Shown here one piece after another: positions 1 to 7,212 of a stretch of DNA of 57,175 nt. The position numbers and the translations under genes are program-made. Location: contig JAGVEX010000020.1 of the NCBI GenBank assembly GCA_020057885.1, positions 1 to 57,175 of the forward strand. The letters run 5' to 3'. This DNA is from a bacterium. GTDB lineage: Bacteria; Patescibacteriota; Patescibacteriia; Veblenbacterales; UBA10138. Under the pieces are notes generated by a model. It saw nothing but the letters and a program-made list of their open reading frames with translations, was not told where the DNA came from and searched no databases. Numbering within the stretch: the first letter of the stretch is position 1; every line of letters begins with the position of its first letter.

Positions 1-1
1 A

Positions 2-1183
2 AACTGTACCGTTCTTAGCAATGGTAATACCGCCCTCATCTACACCTGCCACAGTCATAGTATTACCAATAAGGGTAAGGCCAGAGGCTGTTACGCCAGA
101 GGCTACCAAACTGGTCAAACTAAAGGTGTGGACATCGCCAGTAGAGGCGCCTGCGGCCATATCAGCTAACACATCCAAAATAATGGAACTGCCAGCTGGA
201 ACAGTAGTGTTAACGCCAGTGAATACTGAATCGTTAGTAGATGAATTTACGGAGTGACCACTGGTCAAACGAGCCGCGCCTTGGAACAAATAAACATTGT
301 CAAAGTCGCTAGTTGAACCTGGGCCAGTGCGGTGTACTGTTACGTTAGTAATACTAATTGCTGTGGAGTTGCCGTTTGACACGGTGAACTTCAAGAACGG
401 TACCGAAGTAGCGCTCTGTGGGATAGTGGCTGAAGCTGGATTATTAGCAGCTAAAGCAACTGATACACCACCAGTAACTATTGGGCCTACGGTTATACCA
501 CCAACAATATCAGAAATGGTACTCTCCTTACCAGTAATGGAAGAACCATTTGAATAGGAGATATCAGTAGTAATACCATACTTGGTTGCATTGATTCCGT
601 TAGCAAGCAAAGCAGCATCCGAAGCGAATGGTTTCTTTGTGCCATTGTCAATGTAATACCAAGTAGTGTCATTGGTATATTTAACTATAGTGCCAGTTGG
701 GTGAACATCGGAATTGAGAGCCGAGCCGCTCTTGTAGTTAAACCAGAAGGCATCGGATACATCTACAATTTTTTTGTTCCAATTAGCACCATATAGTTTA
801 AGAGCCCGAGCTTCGCTGACGATAGAGCGGAGAGTTCCGCCTGTTTCAACAGCATAAACTGTAGGGTCGGTTGTTATTTTCACAAGCCAAGTACCTGGCC
901 TCATGGTAACGTTGCCACCAAGAGGATAGGAAGAAAGCTCGGAAGCAGGAATTGTCTTCACAGTAGAAAAGTCATTGTACCAAGACATATAGACATTCTG
1001 GTGTGGGAAGACATAACGCTTTGAGCCATCGAAGTAGTACACGGCAGAGTTGCCGGCCATCTTGATCAAATCACCGGATACGGCGGCGGCACTTACTCCG
1101 GCAGGAGCAGTAAGCACACCAGCAGACCAAACGATTGTCAAGACAGTCACCACGACGGAGAAAGTCTTTTTGAAATTAGACAT
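2..1183 (-). CDS. Secreted/cell-surface protein; N-terminal 394 codons only, C-terminus lies beyond the window start
   Basis: Missing from the ORF track because it has no stop inside the window. ATG at 1183-1181 is preceded by AAAGGAAAA. Translation begins MSNFKKTFSVVVTVLTIVWSAGVLTAPAGVSAAAVSGDLIKMAG..., a signal-peptide-like start followed by Ser/Thr/Gly/Asn-rich sequence. The frame stays open to the window edge. Track ORFs 21..257 and 297..557 are antisense to it. Confidence 0.75.
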   Translation of the reverse strand, partial: MSNFKKTFSVVVTVLTIVWSAGVLTAPAGVSAAAVSGDLIKMAGNSAVYYFDGSKRYVFPHQNVYMSWYNDFSTVKTIPASELSSYPLGGNVTMRPGTWLVKITTDPTVYAVETGGTLRSIVSEARALKLYGANWNKKIVDVSDAFWFNYKSGSALNSDVHPTGTIVKYTNDTTWYYIDNGTKKPFASDAALLANGINATKYGITTDISYSNGSSITGKESTISDIVGGITVGPIVTGGVSVALAANNPASATIPQSATSVPFLKFTVSNGNSTAISITNVTVHRTGPGSTSDFDNVYLFQGAARLTSGHSVNSSTNDSVFTGVNTTVPAGSSIILDVLADMAAGASTGDVHTFSLTSLVASGVTASGLTLIGNTMTVAGVDEGGITIAKNGTV

Positions 1184-1718
1184 TTTTATAATTTTCCTTT
1201 TAATGAAGAAGTTTAGTAAATAACGAATCATGAATAAAAATCATGGGGGGTTATTAACTTTACTTACTTCATATTATTAAGAGTGGAACTCATCCTCATC
1301 GGCTCCAGCGCCTTAGCGGCAGTGGACGACTCGACCTTTGTAAAAAGAGAGGATTATCCGGCTCAAGTAGTAAATAACTTAAAAAACTTAATGCGTCAGT
1401 ATAATAATTTGCTTTTGCTCACAGAATTTTGGCCTAAACTATTTCTATTCTTAATCAAGCCGCCCATGGGTGATTGAATCCCGCCCGAAAGCGGGACAAC
1501 CTGTCATCCCGCATTTGCGGGACGAACGAGCTATTATAACCCAGCCAGATAGAGAACGAAACAATGTTAAACCTAAATGTAAGTGAACTTGAGCCAACTA
1601 AATACTTACGACATTATATGTTCTTAAGTTGTAAACGAGCTTGAGGGGGGTCGTCTGACCCCATGACTAGCATTCACCTATTGTGCCTAATGCCAAGCAT
1701 GGGAAGGCGACACTGTGT

Positions 1719-1820
1719 TAAAATTTGAAATTCGAAATCCTAAATACTAAACAATATAGGAGTTATAAATTTATAATTTGGGATTTTGGATTTGTTTAGG
1801 ATTTAGATATTAGAGTTTAG
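1719..1820. repeat. AT-rich palindromic intergenic repeat, copy A (aatcctaaa / tttaggatt arms)
   Basis: Imperfect inverted arms (cctaaatactaaacaa vs ttgtttaggatttaga) flank tataggagttataaatttataatttggg. Positions 1785-1820 are identical over 36 nt to 56016-56051. The core has 2 mismatches in about 32 nt against 3078-3109. Confidence 0.75.
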
Positions 1821-1840
1821 CCTGCCTGCCGGTAGGCAGG
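1821..1840 (-). terminator. GC hairpin CCTGCC-N8-GGCAGG just 3' of CDS 1855..2991
   Basis: cctgcctgccggtaggcagg forms a 6-bp GC stem. There is no clean U-tract after it in the gene direction, so terminator function is uncertain. Confidence 0.35.
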
Positions 1841-1854
1841 GATTTAATCTCTCT

Positions 1855-2991
1855 TTATTGCTTCACATTTGTATTCGTATTGGTGCTAGGGGTTGGTTCA
1901 GCTGGTTTTTCTACTTTCTCTGGATTAACAGGAGCTGTTTCGTTAGGCTTAACTTCGGGAGTGGTTGTGGTAGCGCCATCTACTTTACCCTGCTCTTCTG
2001 TTGGGGTAGCTACTGCCGGAGTTTCGGCTTTAGTAATAGCGGCTTCGGTTTTAGTGGTAATATCTTCGCTCTCTTGCACTTTTTGCAAAGCTAAAGTAAA
2101 TTCTTTCTTTTGAATAAGAACCATAGCCTCGGTAAGCGACTTTTTGGCCTCGCGGGAAGCTTCTTTGGCCGGCACTACGGTTTGTTTGGTTTCCAACACT
2201 ACGCGGGGAGCTGACTTGGATTCGGGGAATTCACTAATTCTGTTCTCCATATTATTAAGCTTGTTTTGAATTTTAGAAATTTGTGATTCCAACCTTTGGG
2301 CTACAGCGGCTGGCAATAAACCATTTTGCCCGTTTTGATGCGCATCTACCAAAACAGCCAAAGCAGTGGCAGAAAGTTTATCTGTTAAAACTACAGCCAC
2401 ATTGTAAGAGGTTTGCGAATTAGGCGACACTTTAGTGTTAGCTAATTTATTTTCTAGTTCAGTAGCAACTTCATCATATTGCATGGCTAATTTGCTATCA
2501 TCCGCCGCTTGCAACGAAGCCTGCGCAAAACTTAAATCAATATTATAATCGCGCAATAAACCAGCTTGGGCCGGCGTTGCACTGGGTGGTAAATTATTAA
2601 ACTCGTTCAATCTGCGTTCAGCTAATTTAAGATGAAAAAGGCCTTGCGTGGCTGGAGTGGAACGCAGGGAAAGTTCTACGCGCTCAACTGTGCGCTTAAC
2701 CGGATAAAATAAATTGCCTGGTAAGCTGGCGCTGTAAGCTTGAGAAATAGGTGCATAACCAAAAATCAAACCAAGCATCACAACTAGCATCGGCATAATT
2801 GGCACTGGTGATATTACCAAACGTACTCGCGACCAGCTCAAACTAACCACCTCGCTAAAATTGTAAGTGCGGCTGGTTTGGGTTTCGGTAAGAGTTAAAA
2901 GTCGCTCGCGTGTTTGCTCGCGCCAAAGGGCTGGAGCTCGCTTGGTAACTTGTATCTCTTTTAATTGATTGAATAATTTATGGTCAGACAT
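1855..2991 (-). CDS. DUF5667-like single-pass membrane protein, putative anti-sigma partner of the upstream ECF sigma factor
   Basis: 378-aa ORF with one TM segment (PIMPMLVVMLGLIFGY). It then carries LPGNLFYPVKRTVERVELSL...LKLAERRLNE, the pattern I recognise as DUF5667, and a low-complexity Pro/Thr/Glu C-terminus. It lies immediately downstream of the sigma gene. Confidence 0.8.
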   Translation of the reverse strand: MSDHKLFNQLKEIQVTKRAPALWREQTRERLLTLTETQTSRTYNFSEVVSLSWSRVRLVISPVPIMPMLVVMLGLIFGYAPISQAYSASLPGNLFYPVKRTVERVELSLRSTPATQGLFHLKLAERRLNEFNNLPPSATPAQAGLLRDYNIDLSFAQASLQAADDSKLAMQYDEVATELENKLANTKVSPNSQTSYNVAVVLTDKLSATALAVLVDAHQNGQNGLLPAAVAQRLESQISKIQNKLNNMENRISEFPESKSAPRVVLETKQTVVPAKEASREAKKSLTEAMVLIQKKEFTLALQKVQESEDITTKTEAAITKAETPAVATPTEEQGKVDGATTTTPEVKPNETAPVNPEKVEKPAEPTPSTNTNTNVKQ

Positions 2992-3007
2992 AATAATTTA
3001 ATTTCTA

Positions 3008-3149
3008 CCTGCCTACCGGATTCCGGCGAGCTCAATCGAGTCGTAGGCAGGAATCCTAATATCTAATGTCTAAATATTATAGGAATTATAAATTTATGAT
3101 TTGGGATTTATGATTTGTTTAGGATTTAGGGTTTCGAATTTAGGATTTT
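3008..3149. repeat. Composite element copy B: long GC-closed hairpin (3008-3051) plus AT-rich palindromic repeat (3052-3149)
   Basis: cctgcctac...gtaggcagg encloses 26 nt. It is followed by aatcctaatatctaatgtctaaatattataggaattataaatttatgatttgggatttatgatttgtttaggatttagg. The element shares gatttgtttaggatttag and the tataggaRttataaatttatRatttgggattt core with copy A. Confidence 0.7.
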
Positions 3150-3699
3150 ATAATTGTCCCAGCAGTTTTTTTAGTTCTTGCAAAGCGCGGTGCAGAATAA
3201 CGCGCGTGGCTGCTGGTGACTTGTTAATAATTATAGCTATCTCGTGCGGCTTTAAACCTTCCACATAAGCGAGTACTACTACTTCTTGCCATTCATCTTT
3301 TAATTTAGTAAGCGCACTTTCAATATCTCGTAAGCTCAAACGCATTTCAGGGCTAAGCTGGCCAGGGGCGTGGGTGGCACCAATATCAATCGCCTCTTCC
3401 AGTGACAGTGTTTTTTGTTCACTGCGATAATGATCAGCAATTAAGTTGCGTGCTACCTGATAAAGATAAGCTCGCAAATTTTTAACGCGCGCCTCATTAT
3501 TTTGGGTTAGATACTGCCACAGCTTTAAAAAAAGCTCCGAAGTAATATCTTGCGCCAACTCTTGAGTGCGCACGCGAAATGCCACAAACCGGAACAACGA
3601 ATCAACATAGGTGTCGTACACCGTGGCAAAGGCTTGCTGGTCGCCATGCTTGATTTTTAAAAGCAGAATCTCCTCCTCGATCCTGCGTGTTAATGACAT
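3148..3699 (-). CDS. ECF-type RNA polymerase sigma-70 family factor
   Basis: 183 aa. Region-2-like FATVYDTYVDSLFRFVAFRV...DITSELFLKLW and region-4-like VVVLAYVEGLKPHEIAIIINKSPAATRVILHRALQELKK. Confidence 0.9.
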   Translation of the reverse strand: MSLTRRIEEEILLLKIKHGDQQAFATVYDTYVDSLFRFVAFRVRTQELAQDITSELFLKLWQYLTQNNEARVKNLRAYLYQVARNLIADHYRSEQKTLSLEEAIDIGATHAPGQLSPEMRLSLRDIESALTKLKDEWQEVVVLAYVEGLKPHEIAIIINKSPAATRVILHRALQELKKLLGQL

Positions 3700-3704
3700 A
3701 TAAG

Positions 3705-3729
3705 TAGACGAGATAATGTATTAAACGTT
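3705..3729 (-). promoter_or_regulatory. Candidate ECF-type autoregulated promoter (AAC-N16-CGTCTA)
   Basis: The minus strand reads gtAACgtttaatacattatctCGTCTActtatATG. This is the AAC / CGTC spacing typical of ECF promoters. The -10-like element ends 5 nt before the ATG, which implies a near-leaderless mRNA. Confidence 0.35.
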
Positions 3730-4074
3730 ACACCACATGACTGCTACTTTAACTATTTTAGGCCGTTTTGGCAAGTGGCAAAAATAGGGCTCTGGATGGA
3801 CTACCTTGGTTTTAAACACTAATTTTAGGCTTAAAACACACATAAAATAGGTATGTTTATCTATTTGTGTATAAAATCATTACATATATAACGAATTATT
3901 TAGGCAATACATTATATGACGAATTATATATTGTTATATATCAAATTTAGTCTAAGTTGACTCTTTTAGCCCTTTATTTACCCCTGTATTTATTTATGAT
4001 TATTACCTATTTTTATTTATGTCTATTACCTATTTTTTATCATATTTATTATACTTTTCTTAATTATATTGACT

Positions 4075-4100
4075 GAAAGTATACACTAGTGTATACTTTC
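4075..4100. promoter_or_regulatory. Perfect 26-bp palindrome, candidate operator
   Basis: GAAAGTATACACT|AGTGTATACTTTC, with 13+13 nt perfectly complementary. It lies in the 570-nt AT-rich gap about 170 nt upstream of the HTH gene. Confidence 0.5.
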
Positions 4101-4269
4101 AATATATATACATGATGTGTAATATAAATAAACAAGATGCTTGTCTAAATATTTATCCTAATAAAAATTCAACTAACAAAACTGTAGCTAATAATTTATA
4201 AAACCATCCAACGCGATCTCAGTTTATACTCATTAAGTTATCCACAACCATTTCTTATCCCCTACCACT

Positions 4270-4536
4270 ATGGCGACACTAATTAGAATTTCCATCAGCG
4301 AAGCCTCACGGCTTTTTGGCGTCTCGCCTAAAACTATCCGCTTAGCTATAAGGTTCGGCCAAATTACTTATGTAGTGGTACGCGGCAGATATAAACTCAA
4401 TTTTGAAAGCGTGCTAACTTGGTCGCAAGCCTCCACGCGGCGAAGGAATATTTTTCAAAAATCCGGCCTAGGACAATATGCCGAGCAATGGAAAATCCGC
4501 AACCGCAAATACTCCCCTCACCCACCAACGGAATAA
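4270..4536 (+). CDS. Helix-turn-helix DNA-binding protein (excisionase/MerR-like HTH)
   Basis: 88 aa. ISISEASRLFGVSPKTIRLAIRFGQITYVVVRGRYKL matches the excisionase-family HTH pattern. No clear Shine-Dalgarno sequence. Confidence 0.7.
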   Translation: MATLIRISISEASRLFGVSPKTIRLAIRFGQITYVVVRGRYKLNFESVLTWSQASTRRRNIFQKSGLGQYAEQWKIRNRKYSPHPPTE

Positions 4537-4635
4537 AATCCTCAATAGTATACAATGAATTTATTTAACCTTAATTAATTTGTATATCACTCACTACTTC
4601 TTCTATTTAGATGTATTTTGTTGTAAAATTAAATT

Positions 4636-5574
4636 ATGAAAATTAACCATATAAAAATTCGGCTATTAAAGAAAAGGCTGCTTTGGCTTAAACATGAACA
4701 TTTCAAACCAGCGCTTAGTGGCACACACCATAGTGTTGTAATTTCTCAAAATTACGTGATACGAGAGCGGAAAGATAGGCCGGAACTGATACGGCAAGAA
4801 GCAAGGTTCTTACAACAACTCCATCATCCATTAATCCCAAAGATTATTTGGGTAGGAAAAGTTGGACAATCTACTATAATGGTTGAAAATTATATACCTG
4901 GTATTACGCTTGATAAACACTGGAAGCAGTTATCACGAGTTGCTCAATCTCATATTGTAGGTCAGGTGCTAGAATTCCTAAAGTTTCTACGGCAGAATAC
5001 CACACGTTTAACTTATTCGGTGGCAACCAGTAAAACATACCCTAATTTTACAAATTACCTTACACAACAAATCGCTCAACACACTAAGTTGATTAAAAAA
5101 TGCAAGCCAGCCCGTGCGTTGCTTGAAAAAATTAACGCGGTAATTACTGATTCCGCCCTGCTCAAACTGTTTATAACTAAGCCTATCATAGTGCATGGTG
5201 ATCTTATTAATCACAACTTATTAACCGACGGAAAAAACCTGACCGGTGTACTGGATTTTGAACTAGCCTTATTTGGCGACCGAGATTATGATATATGTCG
5301 GTTGTTCTACTACCAAGAATGCGCAATAGCTTATCACGAACAAGGTAAGGACCCACATTTTGAAGCCACCTATATGAAAAATCTCACAAGTGCTATTATC
5401 AAGAGTACTCTTATTAAGAATCTGGATAAATTTTGGAAAAAATATCAATTTATACGAGCCTTCTTCATACTCGGTGCTTTAGCTTGGGCGGTTAATTCAG
5501 ACAAGCCACAAAAAAATATCAAGGAGCTCGAGATATTGTGGAATAAAAATAGGGTTAAACGAATACACGCTTAA
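4636..5574 (+). CDS. Aminoglycoside-phosphotransferase (APH)/protein-kinase-like fold phosphotransferase
   Basis: 312 aa. Catalytic-loop-like VHGDLINHNLL and DFG-like VLDFELALFGDRDYD motifs. Confidence 0.85.
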   Translation: MKINHIKIRLLKKRLLWLKHEHFKPALSGTHHSVVISQNYVIRERKDRPELIRQEARFLQQLHHPLIPKIIWVGKVGQSTIMVENYIPGITLDKHWKQLSRVAQSHIVGQVLEFLKFLRQNTTRLTYSVATSKTYPNFTNYLTQQIAQHTKLIKKCKPARALLEKINAVITDSALLKLFITKPIIVHGDLINHNLLTDGKNLTGVLDFELALFGDRDYDICRLFYYQECAIAYHEQGKDPHFEATYMKNLTSAIIKSTLIKNLDKFWKKYQFIRAFFILGALAWAVNSDKPQKNIKELEILWNKNRVKRIHA

Positions 5575-5577
5575 CCC
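5552..5577 (-). terminator. Intrinsic terminator of the rSAM-peptide operon, embedded in the 3' end of the convergent kinase gene
   Basis: The minus strand reads GGGTTAA-gcgtgtattcg-TTAACCC followed by TATTTTTATT. It begins 12 nt after the stop of the small ORF. Confidence 0.6.
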
Positions 5578-5588
5578 CACGATTGTAG

Positions 5589-5684
5589 TTACTTACAACC
5601 AGTTCGTTTACCAGGGAACGATGCCCCTGAAACCAAGGATATTACCTTGGTGATTTTGATCTTTTTGATCTCGATCTTTTTCAC
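5589..5684 (-). CDS. Candidate RiPP precursor peptide, 31 aa: (M)KKIEIKKIKITKVISLVSGASFPGKRTGCK
   Basis: Below the ORF-track length cutoff. AAAGGAGGTGA Shine-Dalgarno, 9-nt spacer, GTG start at 5684, and an in-frame TGA two codons upstream. The start lies 39 nt downstream of the rSAM/SPASM stop codon, and a terminator follows. An overlapping 28-codon frame is also open (see findings). Confidence 0.5.
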   Translation of the reverse strand: MKKIEIKKIKITKVISLVSGASFPGKRTGCK

Positions 5685-5723
5685 TTGTTTTCACCTCCTT
5701 TCATAAGGTACATATTTGGATGA

Positions 5724-7157
5724 TCAGCTACCTATGGCAGAGTTATGTGACCGAATATATTCAACCGCTAACGCTTCAGTGACTAAGCGATAAAAATCAC
5801 ACATATCAGCAAATAGCTTTTGTCGCTTTTCTCCAACAGCCCGTGCCGTTACCTCCCTTGTTACATGACACTGACCACCGCATGGCCCCTCAATAATACA
5901 CCCTAAACAATATTCATCGGTTCCGGGGAAACGGTCCTTAACTATTTTGAACAAGCCACCTGTTTCTTGAAACATCTGATTAAAGTTATCAATATGCCCT
6001 ATGGGTGTAGTGGTATGGCTACATATTTTAATACTACCATCAACATTGAATTCAAGTGCTCTTCCCTCAGCAGCGGCACAAAAAGCATGGTTCCCTGTCA
6101 ACAAGCTTTCACTGGTAAGGTTTCGAAAAACACTGTCCCAAGTGCCAAAAAAATCAATGTTCTTATTGTTGGCATACTTTTTGAAGCGAATGAGTTTGTC
6201 TATCCTCGACGTTAATGGAATATCGACTAAGCTAATAAGATCATAATCGAAAGCGATTGATGTCATGCCCCTATTCGCTGCCAGATCAATAATATCAATG
6301 TCAATGAGGTCAAAGTTACCATTTGTTACTGTGATACTAAAACCGTCCAATGGATAACCAATTTCTTCTAAAAGATCAAACTTTTCCAATATGCGGTTAA
6401 AGGTACCTTTGCCCCCTTTAGTTAAACGAATTGCGTCATTAGCTCTTGAGGTACCGTCGAGTGATGTAGCGATACGTATTTGATATCTTTTAAACGCTTC
6501 AGCAATATCCCTCGTCATTAGTACCAAGTTAGTATTGATGGTGAATTCAAAAGTTAAGTCGTGCATTTCTTCACAATAGTGAATGATTTTTTCGATCACT
6601 AGCCAATTGAACAACGGCTCAGCATTTCCAAAATGGACTTTGCAAAGCGTATGTCCATTTTCTCTCATTAAAGCTGTGTAATGATCTATACATTTTTTAG
6701 CTATCTCCCAACTCATGTTGAGCTGTTTTACTGGCCTCTGGTACACGGAGAGAATTGTGTTAGTATTACCCGAAGGTTGAAAATGGAGACAATGAGCACA
6801 CCCAAAATTACAAAAATCACTAATTGCGAGTCCCATTCGATCAATTGTCTGTCTGGTGTTGACTACGGATAAATGCCGAGCTTTTTGCTTTTGCAAAAAC
6901 TCTTTCTCGTCGAAGCCTGGTTCAATGAGAAAAAAGATGCTAGCAAATTCTTGGATAGTATTTTTTGGATTACCATCACACATTTCAATAATTTCTTTTT
7001 CGGTTCTTGGTTGTTTGAAAAAATTTAAGAATCGCAAACCTTCATGGCTTACAATTTGGGGATTACCATACAATGTATGATACACCATCGCCAAGTTTGA
7101 TCTCGGATCGAATATGGTGTGTATATTCGGAGACAATTTATATTGTTTTATTGCCAT
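5724..7157 (-). CDS. Radical SAM/SPASM-domain peptide-modifying enzyme with N-terminal PqqD/RRE-like domain
   Basis: 477 aa. The CNFGCAHC motif (C116-X3-C120-X2-C123) is present. The C-terminal SPASM pattern is C-X13-G-X4-C (CAAAEGRALEFNVDGSIKIC), then C-X2-C-X5-C-X3-C (CLGCIIEGPCGGQC), then a final Cys. The first ~100 aa (IVSHEGLRFLNFFKQPRTEKEIIEMC) look like a winged-helix RRE. Confidence 0.93.
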   Translation of the reverse strand: MAIKQYKLSPNIHTIFDPRSNLAMVYHTLYGNPQIVSHEGLRFLNFFKQPRTEKEIIEMCDGNPKNTIQEFASIFFLIEPGFDEKEFLQKQKARHLSVVNTRQTIDRMGLAISDFCNFGCAHCLHFQPSGNTNTILSVYQRPVKQLNMSWEIAKKCIDHYTALMRENGHTLCKVHFGNAEPLFNWLVIEKIIHYCEEMHDLTFEFTINTNLVLMTRDIAEAFKRYQIRIATSLDGTSRANDAIRLTKGGKGTFNRILEKFDLLEEIGYPLDGFSITVTNGNFDLIDIDIIDLAANRGMTSIAFDYDLISLVDIPLTSRIDKLIRFKKYANNKNIDFFGTWDSVFRNLTSESLLTGNHAFCAAAEGRALEFNVDGSIKICSHTTTPIGHIDNFNQMFQETGGLFKIVKDRFPGTDEYCLGCIIEGPCGGQCHVTREVTARAVGEKRQKLFADMCDFYRLVTEALAVEYIRSHNSAIGS

Positions 7158-7212
7158 GTCTTCGCCTTTCTCTAATTTTGATTGTTAATGAACACTCTAA
7201 ACTGCTCTTATT

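Noticed and set aside
21-557. Plus-strand ORFs 21..257 and 297..557. The same applies to the many 60-115-aa track ORFs embedded antisense or out of frame in long genes, for example 1858..2113, 5967..6246, 13145..13655, 15008..17080, 24018..24453, 28342..28653, 33489..34139, 45501..46151 and 51947..52171.
   Set aside because: Each lies wholly inside, or overlaps the end of, a longer CDS on the opposite strand or in another frame that has clear family motifs. None has an SD, and their compositions mirror the opposite-strand codons.
1283-1477. A 64-aa plus-strand ORF (GTG start).
   Set aside because: It has no Shine-Dalgarno sequence and no recognisable family. It lies in a hairpin-rich non-coding region and runs opposite to all neighbours. 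I treat it as non-coding unless conservation says otherwise.
3988-4040. A CRISPR-like or tandem-repeat array.
   Set aside because: There are only two adjacent ~24-nt AT-rich copies, with no spacers and no cas genes anywhere in the window.
5692-5694. The alternative 28-codon frame (MKTSEKDRDQKDQNHQGNILGFRGIVPW) as the primary precursor call.
   Set aside because: Its GTG overlaps the GGAGG Shine-Dalgarno core, leaving zero spacing, so SD-led initiation is implausible. I kept it as an explicit alternative in the findings because its leader/core polarity is attractive.
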